Positions 1 to 13,968 of a DNA stretch of 64,000 nucleotides are shown here, piece by piece. The stretch lies in the NCBI GenBank assembly GCA_013265495.1, contig MU057487.1, forward strand, positions 372,001 to 436,000, given 5' to 3'. The position numbers were made by a program, and so were the translations under genes. Numbering within the stretch: position 1 is the first letter of the stretch; the number at the start of each line of letters is the position of its first letter. The notes below the pieces were generated by a model. It saw nothing but the letters and a program-made list of their open reading frames with translations. It was not told the origin of the DNA and did no database searches. This DNA comes from Vicugna vicugna. Taxonomy: Eukaryota.

Positions 1-715
1 CGCCTGCAAGTGATTGGTATATATGGATACTCATTATTGTAGTTCCATTGGTTGAAAAGCCTGTCCTTTCTCCATTGCTTTGGAGTGTTCCTTATAATAA
101 ATCAGGTGTTCCTTTGTGTGTGGAGTTGTTTTGAGACTTCAATTACATTCCATTGGTATAAATATCTACCTTTGCAATAAAAATTCACCATCTTGATTAC
201 TATAGCTTTATATAAGTGTTGGTATCCGGGCAAGCTCTTTTTATCTTATTTTTCTTTTTCAATTATGTCTTGGCTATTCTTAGCTTTTTTAAGGCACATG
301 TAAATTTGCTTGTTAAGTATCCCCCTCACACACTGAAATAACTTGATGATATGGAATTCATTGAATCTATAAATTAATTTCAGGAGAGCCATTTATACTA
401 GTGAGTTTTCCAATCTGTGAATTTGGTATATATTCTGGTACTTTTAAAAAGTGTTAATGTACATGCCCAGGTAAATTTAATTTTTTTCTTCCCCTCAAGA
501 TTTATTGATATATGATTGATAAAAATTGTGTATATTTAGGATACACAATGTAATTTTTAAAGGTGTACAAAGTGGTGATTTAATATACATATACATTATG
601 AAATGAAATTATTTCAGTCTTTGAGGTTTTTTAAAATATAATTCAATAACTCTCTACATCTTTTGTTAGTCTTTTTCTGAGGTGCTTGATGTTTTTCATA
701 CTGTTATAAATCCAC
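1..715 (-). mobile_element. Old L1 (L1M) ORF2 fragment, interrupted at ~480-610 by an L1MA/MB-type 3' end
   Basis: Antisense L1 ORF2 motifs (ttgattactatagctttata...; attcattgaatctataaattaattt); nested poly-T-led piece gatttattgatatatgattga...tgtacaaagtggtgattt. Confidence 0.7.
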
Positions 716-729
716 CTTTGCTTTTGATC

Positions 730-1980
730 ATAGTCCATCTGAATCTTCCAAGACCTTGCTCATTACTTCTTCTCTCTAACTAATATTCTCACTATTTCTT
801 CCTCCTGAGCCAGTCCCTTTATTATATGAACATACTCTCTACCCATTAAAAAAGTACTCTAGAAGCTCCCTGTCTGCACTCCTCTCTCTTTCCTCTTATG
901 GCTAACAACTTGGACTTGTAGTCTACTTGTGTCTCTTCTTTCTTCCTCGTCAGTCACTTCACAATCTGCTGTGATCCGACTCACTGCCACCACCACATTG
1001 CATCTGCTGTCTCCAAGGATCTCCTGAAGGTTGAAGACGGGGGCAATTTTTTTCAAAGACTTTCTGTTGATAGTTTTTGGATTATAGAACATTATTGATA
1101 ATGATAAAACTGTTAGTAATAGCCATAATAATTATAAAACAGTAATAATAACGTCAGTGATAAAATTTATCATTGGGTGAGTTTGTGTGACAGCACTCTA
1201 GGTCCATTATTTTTGCAAACCAGACATTATTATCACAGATAAGATGGCACATTCCATTGTTCAAGGCCACAATGAGTAAGTTCTATAGGGAAATCGGCCT
1301 AATGCGATAGTCTAAACTCTGTCCAATCCTTATCTCTCCCTTAAATTCGGGGCTCTTTCTCTCCTCTGGTTCTCCTTTTGCCCACCCAGCCTCCTTTTCT
1401 TATGTATTTTTCTTATGTTTCTCTTCCACTGCCCGTATCCTTAGTCGGCTTCTCCCCAGGGTTTTGACATGGTCCTCTTCTCACTCTTCCCATCCCTCCT
1501 TGTATGATTTCATCTCTTCCCAAAGCATTAGCTGTTATTAACCATACTATTGTCTTTATATCTAGGCCCTATCATGGTACCTTTCTCATAGCTAACTGAA
1601 TGCTAAATGAATGAATAAGTGAATGAGTCTATAAACTTGTCTGCCAAATTCATATTCCAAGCTCAGCCCTGAGCAGACTGACAGATCTAAAACTATCTTG
1701 TATTTTTGCTGGATGGTGTCCAGGTATTTGAGCTCAATATTTACAAAACTGAGCTCATAATCTTTCCTTCCCCAACCTGCTCCTCCTCTTATATATCTTC
1801 CCTGGTTAAAAGCACCACTCTTCGTCTATTTGCTCATTCATGAAACCTGGCAGTCACAGAACTGTTTTTCCTCATGTCAGCCCCGGAACTCAGGAATCAA
1901 AATCTACCAATGCAGATTTCTTGCATTCTAGTCTTTAGCACCCCATCTCTTGCTGCTGTCCTTTTTGGAGCACCTATATA
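730..1980 (+). mobile_element. L2 fragments with an inserted MIR (~1120-1320)
   Basis: Pyrimidine-rich L2 motifs: tggatggtgtccagg...ctcaatatttacaaaactgagctcataatctttccttccccaacctgctcctcct. Confidence 0.65.
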
Positions 1981-2699
1981 CTTCATATGTTGGTTATTTG
2001 ATAGACTGTTCTAGAAGGAATAGAATAGCTGCATATTTTACCCTTTCTGGGATATATAGAGTTACTATTTCCATTTAAAGAAAACAAATATGTCTAGTTT
2101 GACAGCTTATATTTTGAGATTGCCCAAGAGTCATATAATTATCCACTCCTTGCTTTTTTTCTTTTCTTGCACTTTTAAGTATATAAAATAATGGAAGAAA
2201 GAAACTTGGGAAGAAACTGAAATATTCAGCTGGAAGTTGTATATTCAGATGCTTTGGCACTTAGTTAAGACTTTTCAAAATTTTCATTTCCAATGTTCAC
2301 AGAAATATGGCTGAAAATACTAAACTGTGCACTTAATTAAAGTTAACCGGTGAACAACAAAATATCTAGTTTTCTGTCATTTAAGTCTCCCCAAATGGAG
2401 TCACATTAAATTCTCACTGCAAGGGAGTCTGTGTATAGTTTCTGGGATGTCCTTTTGGAAAGGATCTCTGGGGCAACTGTCCATTGGGAATGCTGAGAAG
2501 GCAAGAGAAATCAAAATAAAGATTGTAAAGTTAGAACAGAAACTTTTACACCAAACTTAGTAAAATTGGCAATTACCATTTTTTCTTAATGATATATAGG
2601 TACAGCTAGAGCCATTGGAAATCCTACCTAACGGACATTATATATAACTTAGGAGGCTGATTTATAAAGTTCTTTTAAACAGAATTTTATAATATGAAA

Positions 2700-3049
2700 G
2701 ACACTGCAAAGCTAAAACTAGCTGGCATCTATTTGAGCTGCCAGAGCCCACCAGGGACTGGCCAGTCTAAAGAGGTCACACCCTATTCTGATGTAGATGA
2801 GGGAACACAGAGGCCCAGCTCTCTAACCCCACCTTGGGACGTTCCAGCCTCAGAATTCTCTATAGTGTCAGTTAAGGCTTCCATTGCAACAGCATCACAG
2901 CTTGACATCCTCCTCTGCTCAGTCTTGCTTCTTTTTCTTTCTCTTCATTTCCTTCCACAGGTGTTGATCCCAAGAGTTTTCTGTAACAAACCTCCTGCAT
3001 GTTAATCTTCATCTCAGAGTCTGCTTCTGAGGAAACCCAACCTGCAACA
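2700..3049 (+). mobile_element. LTR16-like (ERVL) solo LTR
   Basis: 3' end aaacctcctgcatgttaatcttcatctcagagtctgcttctgaggaaacccaacctgcaaca resembles LTR16 termini. Confidence 0.7.
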
Positions 3050-3159
3050 CGCCCCTCACATAAAAGTTTGATGCGTCTTTGGCAGACAAGCACAGTGTGA
3101 ATGTGAATGCTGTAAGCCTTTCCTAGCATAGGAAATTCAGAAAGGTTACCAAGTAAACA

Positions 3160-4420
3160 GATTCCTTCATTCTGGCAACATTTATACATCAAGCACTCTC
3201 AGGGATTCAGAGATGAATAAGACATGACTCCTTGTCCTCTGGTGAGGGAGATAGACACACAAATGTTCACAATACAACATAATAAGTGCTATAGCAGGGA
3301 ATTGCTCTGTGTGCTCATGGAACACAGATGAGGGAGCAATGAGAGCTGCCAGAGTGTTTCTGAAGATTTCACAGGAGGAAATGTTTGATTTGGAAATTAA
3401 AGGATAAAGAAGGGGAAAGAGAATTCCAGGCTGGAAGAGTTGCTTATAAAAAGGCACAAACGCAAGAAGGGAATGGCGTGTTTAGGGGTAGCTTTTTTTG
3501 GCAGTTGTGAAAACTGTCTAGAGGGAAGGGAGAGGCTAGGCTGGGATTAGGGCAAAGGAAGTCAGGAAGTCATGAAAATTCCCAGAAAAGTAGTTGGGAT
3601 CCAGAGCTAAGAAAGGAGTGGTTGCCTAGTGATAATGAGTGCAAAGAGCGGATAAAGAAAGATGCCTAAAGAAGACCAATATTTCATATGAGAAGCACTG
3701 AAGAAGAGCAGTTAGTGAAAAATGTTGAAGAACCATCAAAGTGATAAAGGGGAACTTCGGAGAGTGTTGCTTTAAAAGGCAGGAGAGAAGAGAATTTCAA
3801 GGAGGTGATGGTCAACATTGTTACATGTCCTGGAGGTGTTTGCTGGGATCTTCAAAATAAGCCATCGAGCCCACAGTGGAATGGGCACACAAATGGTGTT
3901 GTATTCATAAATGGAATACATGCAAGAAAAAACAATAAATCTTGCAAACGCAATGTTGGTCAGATAAACTATGAAGGCAGTTTTAACTAAACCCATAGTG
4001 CTTAGGAATTCTTGCTTAGGTGGTAAGAATGTAAAAAAAGCTAGAAGAATAAATACGTCAAATTAGGATAATGGTTACTTGGAAGCAGAGGGATAAGGAC
4101 TTGGAGCAGGTACGGGGGCAAGCTGCTGGGATCTCTTTCTTGATCTGAGTGATATTTCTATGGGTATGTCTCATGGGAGAAATTTTTTGGCCATACATTT
4201 ATATTTTGTGAGCTTCTCTGTGGTGTAGTTTAAATTTTACACTAGGTAGGGTTAAGAAATAAACAACTGGAATGATAATTTCAGTGTCATGGTGACTTTG
4301 GTGAGTAGTTTCAGGACAGTGGTGGGTGGTGAAAATCTGACTGTACTAGGTTGAGGAACTAAAAGAACAAAATCCGGAAATGAAGATTATCCCTTTCATA
4401 TATTGGTCATGAATAGAAAG
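3160..4420 (-). mobile_element. L2 (antisense), interrupted at ~3900-4260 by a + strand L1MC/ME 3' UTR fragment
   Basis: gatgaataagacatgactccttgtcctc...; aagagaatttcaaggaggtgatggtcaacattg; insert contains ttaggataatggttactt...tttcttgatctgagtg. Confidence 0.6.
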
Positions 4421-4919
4421 ATAATCTACCATTTTGCAGTAAATAACCTTTAAAAATTAGTAATACTCCTAAGCTAAATGCCCATACTAAAGTGTATAAC
4501 ACATAAAAGTAGACAGAAGTAAGTTATAAATAACTGAACAAAACATTGTAATCACTAGTTAAAACTCATGGTGACAAGCAAATAACCTTATTTTTTTTCA
4601 AACCAGGTTTTTGAAAGCCTTGCTTATAACTGTTATTTCATGTGAATCTAGTGAATGATTCTTAGAAATTTGGGGTTATAAAAGGGACTGCTTGAGAAAA
4701 AGATGAATAAACTAAAACAACAAGCAACTCACAAACATATGTCATTAATAATTTGCCTTTAAGGGACTGGAATCTTTGGTATATTAGCACTTTTAAGTCT
4801 TGGCATAGTATTTGTATTATGTAGTATTTTTGATACAACAAATTACAAGTTATTTGGCTTCATGAAAACCAGAATTTTGAAATTTGCACTAATGTGACTC
4901 TCTTAAGAATTAAGAAGTG

Positions 4920-5075
4920 TTAAGAATAAGGGAGGATTTGGAAGATAACTCAATCAATTTGCTTATTTGACAGATTGGAACTCTAAAGCTTTGGAGACCG
5001 AATGTCAGCACCTGGGTCACACAGTGATTGGAAAGCTTAGCTAAAGCCCAGGTCTCGTGCCTCTTAGTCCAGTGA
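4920..5075 (-). mobile_element. MIR/MIR3 SINE
   Basis: atttgacagattggaactcta...ggtcacacag...cccaggtctc...tagtccagtg core. Confidence 0.6.
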
Positions 5076-7129
5076 TAATTCCCCTGTAACACCCTTGAGC
5101 AATACTTCATAGATCAAACTTTCGTGCAACAAAAGATTCCAAGCGGTCTCAAGGGTTTTGTTACAATGGGATTTGGTCTGCACCAATAACAGAATGTTCT
5201 GTATTTGGAAGTTGTTTTCCTTCAAGTCATAGCTTTAAAACATTTAATATATGGTTAAGTGCGATTCGTGTTTGGTTTTGGGGTGGTATCATTTATTTAG
5301 GGAGAACTCATCTTCTTTGTAGAAGAATGGAAATGTGGAAAATGACTTTAATGGAAATTCACTGTAAATGCAACTCCTAAAGCAAGCCTAGATTCTGAGG
5401 CAGAAGGTCAGCATAATCTTGTCAGCTTCCGTTACAATATGAGCACAGTTATGTTGCCTCATTACAGAATCTGGGATGACCAGTGCCTCTATTCTCATGG
5501 TACAGGGAGAAAGAAACCCCTAGCTGATTAAGCAATGGGTCTCGGGCTATATTCTCATACAAACCCTGACCTTAAGGAAGCTTATTTTTAGTTTGCCCTT
5601 CTTTTTATACGAAAATTACTTCTTGAAGAGTAGTGTCCTTTGTGACACATCATATGAAGCAGGGGAAGTTTTCCGACTTAATTCTTATTAGGATTTGTAT
5701 TTTTTTATTTTTTCACATTGATCTGTCATAAGGGCTATGTCTCCCAAATTGAGGGAAGCTTTGTATCCAGACAGACTGTATATCTTTATAGTCATTGACC
5801 TTCTGAGTAACTGTTAATAAAATCTTCTAGCTTATGACCTCAACAAGCCACTTTCATCATCTATAACTTTCAACTCACTTAAATCCAGACAACCTGTGGG
5901 TTGAGATTACTCTTTATGTATAGAACTGATTCCTCTACTAGACTGTAAATCCCTCAAAGGCAGATTAAGAGGCTGGGTAATTTTTGTGCATACGAATGCA
6001 CTAGAATGGTGATATGTGCAGAGTAAGTTCTCAATAATTATTAGTTAAACCAAGATAAATGCTTTCTAGCCTTATCGCTTTATTGATTCAGTGCTTCCAA
6101 GGATACCTAACTCACTTTTTAACCTCTAGGCAGCATTCGACAACATGACTCTAAATACTTTCTCCTCTCCTGGCCTCAGCGTCCTTCTAATGTGCCTTTA
6201 CTCCAGTAAGTTGAGTTTGCAAGGTTTTCCTTGACAGCATTCCTGCAATGTACTGTCCCTGTCACTAGGAGGATGACTTTCTTTGACTCCTTTTATTCTC
6301 CTTCTTCTAGGATAAAAAACATTTAGCATGTTTTTGAAAGTATTTGTATACATTTATTTTAAATAGTATTACTCTCCTGTACGAGACAAAGTACAGAAAT
6401 ATAATAAAGGAGAATATGTAAAATATATGGAAACATCCAGACAAAATGTAGTAATATGTTAGCTAAAACACTTAGTTGGCTATTGTCAGTTTCTACATAG
6501 GTTTTCTCTGGCTTCAATATTCATTTATTTACTTACAGTGATTCTGGGTACTGAAAAAGAGCCCCAGAGCTTGGCTAGGCTGAGACTTCTTACAGGCTTC
6601 CTGCAGTCAGTTGGAGCCTTGCCTCCTACTGGGCCTGAGGTCAGTGTTCTTACTGGAGCCCTCACCCTTCAAGTCTGAAATGGAATTGAGATTGTCCCAG
6701 AAATTCTGAGCACTGCTGGGGACTCACTAAGTCCCTTTCAGTGACTGTTGAATTTGCTTAACCTCTCAATTACATTTATCTTCCAAAACAGTAGATATTT
6801 GTACATTTGACAGATAAGTTTTGGGAAAATGGATACTTAAAATATATCCATGGAATCCAGGAGCCACGTTTCCTATCCCTCTTACCTGAGAACCTAATTT
6901 CCAAATGAGGACTTGGTTATCTGGGTGACTATTTGCTCATATATGGGGATGCCTTTTCTCCTCTTAAGTCTCTTTCTTGGATTTTCTAATTACTGGATAA
7001 TAATCGTAAAAGTTTCTTATTTATGAAATTGCTCACTTGTATTCATTGGCATTAGTTAGGTTTCCTGCTATTTAATTTGCTTTGTTTTGTAATCAGAGAG
7101 CTGTACATTTTGCAAATACTTTCAAATAT

Positions 7130-7230
7130 GTGTTTATACAATATATATTTATATGCTATATATTATAATTATATTATGTATTATATAACATTATATTATA
7201 TAGTAGTAATATATTATTCATATGTATTTC
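7130..7230. repeat. AT-rich low-complexity tract
   Basis: Degenerate (TA)n/(TAT)n run. Confidence 0.8.
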
Positions 7231-7779
7231 CATTAATCACATTAACACTGTGAAATATTTAGAACAAATCTTACAAATGTAGAAATTAAAAATCAAAGTT
7301 ATATGATTGCTAAGCCACCTAGTTGATAAAAGGCAATGTTCACACTGAAATGTAGGTGGCAATAATTCAAAACTCAGTGTACTCCTATCATCTTCTACCA
7401 GAATGTTCTCCCTACCACCCCAGAAATGGCATGTGCTTCCCTTCTGTCTTTTCTCACCAAGTTTTGTCTCTCTGCCAGTCCTGAGATGATCCGTTTTCCA
7501 GGGCTCAGTTCAAGTCTACCTCCCTCCTGAAACTTGTCTCTGGCAAGCCAGTCTAGAGTTACTTTTCTATAAATATTTGTTATTTATGTCATCTGTTTTG
7601 TATTTACTCATAAGCTCTTTGTGTCATTATTTGACGATGCCAAATTAGATATTTAGAGATAAGGAAAAAGACATGGGCTTTGAAGTCACCTGGACTTGTG
7701 TTCCTGTCTTGATGCTACTCACCAGCTTTATGAACTTAAGTTCATGTTAATTCATATGTCAAATGAGGATTTATTAATT

Positions 7780-8280
7780 CACTTAAAATACCTGCTGAAT
7801 GCCTACTACATTTTAGGTGTGCATAGTGATGAACAAAATACAACAAAGAGTGTGAGGGAGATAAACAAATAAATCATCAAAAGAATATAAGCAAGTGTTA
7901 AATGATTTTAAAAATAAAACCAAATGATGAAGTAGTGACTGTGGAAGGGTCCACATTAGATACAGTGGTCAGGAAGGTCACTCTAAGGAAGCTGATACTT
8001 GATATGTAGAATGAATCACGTAGAATCAGCCTTGCAGAGACCTGATGAGGAGCTCTCCAGGCAGGAAGATTTGGAAATGCAAAGCCTTTGTGGTTTGAGA
8101 GAGCTTGTCAGAGGAGCAGAAGAAAGGCCAGGATGGCCAGGGCATAATGGGAAGGACTGTGATCGTACTGATAAGGGTAAGGTTGCAGAGGAGAAGAGGG
8201 ATCAAATCATGTGGGATCTTTAGTGGTCACGAGGAGTTTGGGTTTTATTCTAATTGCTATAGGAAGTCAATGGAGAGGAC
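7780..8280 (-). mobile_element. L2 3' region
   Basis: ctgaatgcctactacattttagg...gtggtcaggaaggtcactctaaggaagctgatacttga...ggagtttgggttttattctaa. Confidence 0.7.
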
Positions 8281-10699
8281 AACAAAGCCCCATACAGTTG
8301 GGGGTGCTGAATGGGTTGACAAAGAAAAGCAGTTAGCACAATACCTGATAGTTAAGTGTCCAACACATTTTATTTCTTTATTACATATATAAAGACATAT
8401 GACACAGAAAACCTGATGAGATTTTGTTAGATATGAGCATCAGCCTAGTGTGCCACTAGGCAAGTGCCTTCCCTGTAGAGATTTGCACTGTTCTAAGTAG
8501 TTCAGCCAAGCTCCCTGATTCTGCCTGTGTGACATCACCTCATACACACCAGGTTACCAATAAGTTCTGTAATAGCAGCTTGCGTGTAGTGGAGTATGCA
8601 AGTATGCATAATTCTCACCTCAGTCTATATTTAATTGCCATTCTGGAAAAACATTAACTTCTATATGATTATCCAAAAAAAAAAAAGAGAGAGAGAGAAA
8701 CACAAATATAAGAGTTTGAAGATTCCATTTAGCATTTTGGAAAGGTAACGTCTTCAGAAAAGTTTTTATTTGCCACGCCATCTGCTTTTCAGATAAGCAG
8801 AACTAGTGAGTTCCTTACTGAGATACATAGTGTTTCTTAGACCTTGAAAGTTTCTTTCTTTCTTTCTGTTAATGCCAAAGTGTATGAATTTTTCTTTGCC
8901 TCAGAGCATATATTCTTTTTCTTTCTGACAGAATAGAGATCAAGATAGAAATCCCTCTAGCTGGGCTTCCCTGGTAAAGGTTTCTTCTGAAGGGCAGCTT
9001 CCCAAGAGCCATTTGTCACTGTTTCTATGCATAACAAGTGGGAAGATTCTTACATTTTTCCTTTGTATGTTCACATTCAGATCACTCACTTGGGGACATG
9101 CACTGGTTTTTAAATTGTCTGCTGTTTGGAATTAGAGATGCCTCGGGTTTTATGCAACTCCAAAACTGAGCCAATTTAGCTCCCCCCTGAATTGGTGGCC
9201 CTTTTTATTGTTTCTCCTCATTTTCTTCATAGAAAGTCACCTTCAGATAATTAATAGGTGCATTGGCTTTAACGTCAGCATACATTTAAAAAACATTTGT
9301 TTGATTTTTAGCTATTTATGTAGCTGTAGAAATAATCAATATAGAGAATAAAACTTTAATAAGTTAAAGGCAAACCGTTATTTGATGAAATTCTCTTTTC
9401 ATCTCCGTAAGTCTTCAAGCTCCGTATTTCTTTTTGACAAAAACATCAAATAAAATCCACTAGCAAAATAGAAGGAAAACCATGAGATCAAAAGTACCTT
9501 TGTTCCTTTGATTTATCCAGTCTTTAGTTGTTTTAAATGGGATTTAACTTTTGTTTCCAACCCAGATTGAAACTTCTGGAGGGCACAGCTCATGCCATGT
9601 GGTCCTGTCTCTTCCACAGTGCCAAAATCTCTTTAGATACTCAACACACATATAGTAAATTATATAGAATATTTTGAGCCAGTAGACTTGTAATTTAATG
9701 ACTTCCTCCCGCAACTTAAAACTTTATGATATCCCTCTTGTGATAGTAAATTCTGAGTTCTTGAACTTGACACAGTGCAAGAAGAGGAGTACTCACAGGG
9801 CCTTATCTTATGCTATCTACACTGCTGCATTTGTGTTGTTAATTCAGCCCTCCAAACACGAATATATATATATTCTTTTTTTTTTAAATGAAAGACTTCA
9901 AAAGAAAGAATTCAAATGAGGATAGCTTAATTTCTTTCTCTCTTTTCAATCTCCAAAGTGCAGAACAGCATTTTTTGAAGCCTTTAACTGAAGGTCAAGG
10001 GTGAGATGGTAATGTTGTTTTGATGTCTAGGACGTTGACAGTTTTTCTCTCCAAGTTTTTTTTGCAACATAGCTTATGAGTAACAGTGAAATAAATGATA
10101 CTTTTCATAGTGAGTTCTCATGAAAATAAAAATATATGCTTCATTTCTCTCAGGTGTATTGTGAAAGATTTGACAGCAAACCATTAGTCTGTAGCCATTT
10201 CTTATGGGAAAGAGTGGGTCCAGGGCAGGTGTCCTGAGTCATCATCAGTCCTGAATCCTCTCTTTGGACTGGGAAACACCCTGTATTGGACATGGTTTCT
10301 TGCCATAAGTCTCAAAAATTAAACTATGTACTCCTCCCAAATCTTTGTTACCCTTAGTAAATTTTTGGATCCATGTGTTAAAATCCTCTTAGATAATAAC
10401 TGCATCTCTTGACAACATGTTGGAACCGACAGAAGAGATGTAGAGGATGTGTATTTAACACTTTGAACTGTGCACTCTACTGCTTAATTTTACTACTCTA
10501 AGAATTTGGAGAGGAAGATCTCATTTACTAAAAGCAGCTATGTTGTTAGGAACATTGTTTTAAGATTTCAGTAAAATAATTATTGTTGAGAGCCTATTAA
10601 ATTGGGAAAGTTACTTTAAATACAGGATACTGAGAGCTGCAAAGAGTTTGAATCTATCATTCTTGTACTTTTGTAGTAGATTGCTCTTCTACCATAAAC

Positions 10700-11100
10700 T
10701 GGAAAGCAACCTGACATACGCATTGAAAATAAAAATATTTATAATCTTTTCTGAGGAATTACACTTTCTATGGAAATAATTGGAAACATGGGGAAATTAT
10801 ATGCATGGGCAAACTCATTGAAGTGTTATACATAATTATGAAAGCAAAAGAACACCCCACACCTCAAAATAAAGCAACAAGAGCTGTGGAATGCTTATGT
10901 AAATTAGGATACCTCCATTCAATGGAACATTGTATGGCCTTCATAATCATGGTTAAATGGCAACAAAAACATGATGAAAGTGTTTATTATGCAATAGTAA
11001 GTGAAAGTAGGCTGCTTCCTAAACTATTCTAGTATTACTGGTTAGAAAGAATGTATTGAAATTACAATGCTAGTTATGTTTAAGTGCTAAGATTATTTGT
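10700..11100 (+). mobile_element. Old L1ME 3' end fragment
   Basis: aaattaggatacctccattcaatggaacattgtatggcc resembles the end of L1 ORF2 / start of the 3' UTR. Confidence 0.55.
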
Positions 11101-11479
11101 TTATTCATCCAACAAATAGACTATGTAAATCACATATATTCTTTTGTAATCCTTGAAATAATGCATTGCTATCTCCACTTAAAATATTTGGAAAACACAT
11201 TAAAAATAAGATGCTTTAGACCAGAATCTTAGTGTTTAAGTTTGTTGTTTAGTCATCATTCCAATACTTTGGGTATTGAAGATATGCTAGAGTCTTTATT
11301 TTTCCTTAAAAATCTATCAGTTTTATCAGTTGCATGATAAAGGACTAAAGCAGTCCAGGAAATCCACACTTCAGATGCTATCACAATTCTAGTAAACCCT
11401 GATTGAGACAATGCCATTTGAGAGAGAAAACTAAGCAACTTCCTTCAATCCTATAGATTTTTAAAGTGCTACCTAGATG

Positions 11480-11755
11480 ACTGTAGCCACGTTACTTAAC
11501 TCTCCTGTGGTTCATTTTCTCATCTTATGAGACTGACACTCTGCCTACTGTTCTATGGATGCAGGTTATTTTTTCATCTTAAAATAGTGATAGTAATCAT
11601 CCAGTTGTTTTGAGGATTAAATGCTTATGTGTATGTGTGTGTGGAGAGAGAGAGTGTGTGTGTGTGTGTATGTGTGTAGGGGAGGGGTGTGCTCATCATA
11701 TTTAGAGCAGTGCTGGGCAGATAGTAAGTTCTCAATATGTAGCAACCAGTACTGC
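11480..11755 (+). mobile_element. MIR with an internal (GT)/(GA) microsatellite (~11628-11677)
   Basis: gttacttaactctcctgtgg...ttttctcatc; ttgttttgaggattaaatg...cagtgctgggcagatagtaagttctcaatatg. Confidence 0.7.
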
Positions 11756-12707
11756 ATAATTTTAGATTTGCTACTTCAATTGCAGATTAGAGGTTTTTCA
11801 TAATATTTCTTAATTAGTTATTAGAAAAGCTATTGATTCTAGTTGGATGATCTTCTATGTGGTTACCATTATGTGCTTTTGTTTTAGTTCTAACTAGTTT
11901 TCCAGTTTACTTCTGGTATTAACTAGCAGACAAATACAGTCTATAAAATAACTTTTGTGTCTTTCCAACTAATATTTAATGATTTATCTCTTTTCTTGTC
12001 TTTTGCATTGGCTATAAACAGTGCTACATAATTATGCTGTGCATGTAAGTGTATATGTAATTTCACTTCTATAAACAAAGGTTATCTTTGTTTTGTTTAA
12101 AATCTTTTCAGTGTTCACATCTTAATATTTTTAAATTTGTATTTGATAGATACCTTTTATCAACTTAAAAGAAACTTTACCTATCTTTAACTCAATTTAA
12201 TTTTTAAAATTCAAGAATAAGTCTTGAATTTTGTCAGAGACTTTTTCTTCATGTCAGGATGAGCATGTAATTAAACAGTTGACACATTGACTCATTAAAT
12301 ACAATTAAAATTTTTGAATGATTCTTTTACTTCTAGTATCAACCCAGCTTGGTAATTGAATAATATAGTCTTTTAATATTCTTCTATATTTTGTTCAGTC
12401 ATATATTGTATTTAGGGATTTTTGTCTTTTTCATAAGAGAAAAGCATCCATAGTTATTATGTGTGTGTATGCACATGTGTGTAACTTTTTTTTTTTTCAG
12501 TTTTGTGATCAGTTTTAAATGCTTTTCTGGAATCAAACAAAAAGTTTACTAACTTTCAGTTCTTACTACTGTTTAAAGCTTGTAGGTTTGATAAAATTTA
12601 CATGGAAAGTCATCTCAGCTTAGTATATTTTGGGGGAAGATGAATCTTTAATTTTCAAAGAATTTACTTCTGTGGTTATCAATCTATTAAAAAAATTTCA
12701 GCTCTTG

Positions 12708-12890
12708 GAAGGAAGGTATAGCTTAGTGGCAGAGTGTGTGCTTAGTATACACAAGGTCCTGGGATAATCCCCAGTACCCCCATTAAAATAAATAAATAAA
12801 TAAACCTAATTATCTACACCTCCAACAAAGTAATACTAATAATAAATTAAAAAATGCAAGCCATTTAAAAAAAAAGAAAGAAAAAACATT
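12708..12890 (+). mobile_element. Camelid tRNA-derived SINE (Vic-1-like)
   Basis: tRNA head with A-box tagcttagtgg and degenerate B-box, then aaataaataaataaacctaatta and an A-rich tail. Flanking repeats aaaaaatttcagctcttg (12690-12707) and aaaaaatttcaactattg (12891-12908), 16/18 identical. Confidence 0.85.
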
Positions 12891-13470
12891 AAAAAATTTC
12901 AACTATTGTTAGGTCAATGTGGAAATTTATATAATTTTCTGTTTCATATAGTTTTAAGGTTTTAGCATAAGATTGTATCTCATTAAAAAAAAAATCTGTG
13001 TACCTATCACCAAATCGCTCACTGCCCCACCCCGCAACTTCGATTCCCAGTGTGGTTAACTTATGCTTTCATTTTCTTTCTTTGCTTTTTGCCTTGACCA
13101 AATCTGGAAGAGATTGATCCATTTTGTCTATCTTTTAAAAAACATCTATTGTTGGTTTTATTTTTGTTGTGTTTTTTTTCAGTATGTTTTTTAGTTTATT
13201 AATTTCTGTTCTTTTGTCCTTTTTCAATTTTCTTTGGTCTCATTTTGCTTTTTTTCTACATTTTTAAGGTGGATACTTAACTATTAATATTTTGATGACA
13301 TCCTATTTGGGTCAAAAATTATGTTTATTATATATTTTATATTCATACAATTTGTTTGCTGTAAACCTACTTTGCTATTAATATATTGCTGTTACTCCTT
13401 TTAAAATTATTGTTGTTGGTATTTGCCTAGTGAATACATATAGCTCTTGTTCATTTCTTACCTTTCTGAC

Positions 13471-13473
13471 ATT

Positions 13474-13517
<44 letters not shown>
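13471..13517. repeat. (TTTA)n microsatellite
   Basis: About 11 consecutive ttta units. Confidence 0.9.
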
Positions 13518-13518
<1 letters not shown>

Positions 13519-13828
13519 TAACTTGAATATAGTTGGATGTTTGTTGGTCCAATCTGAAAGCTTCTGTTTTAGTAACATCTAATTTACATATTTTTATTGA
13601 GATTACCTTACGTTATAGTCTTTCTACCGTTTCATTTTATGATTTTTTATTATTTCCTACTTTATTTTATTTTTTAATGTTTTTGGTCAGATTGATTAGG
13701 TTGCATTTATTCTCTAGTCCAAAACTGTTTTGACATTCTTCTATTTCAGTTCTACTAATGAATATACTTACATAGACATATTTATCTTATGTTTTCCTGT
13801 CATTTTCAAAACAATATCTATAACTTCC

Positions 13829-13968
13829 AAACCAATCAAAAAATGGGCAGAAGACCTAAACAGATATTTCTCCAGAGAAGACATACAGATGAACTACAGG
13901 CACGTGAAGAGATGCTAAGCATTGCTAATTATTAGAGAAATGCACATCAAAACTGCAACGAAGCATCA
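13829..13968 (+). mobile_element. Short internal L1 ORF2 fragment
   Basis: Encodes [20 protein letters not shown]...HVKRC, an L1 ORF2 C-terminal region motif. Confidence 0.85.

Noticed and set aside
5004..5025. REST/RE1 site (tcagcacc half-site; also at 16281)
   Set aside because: Right half GGACAG is missing and both lie in old repeats.
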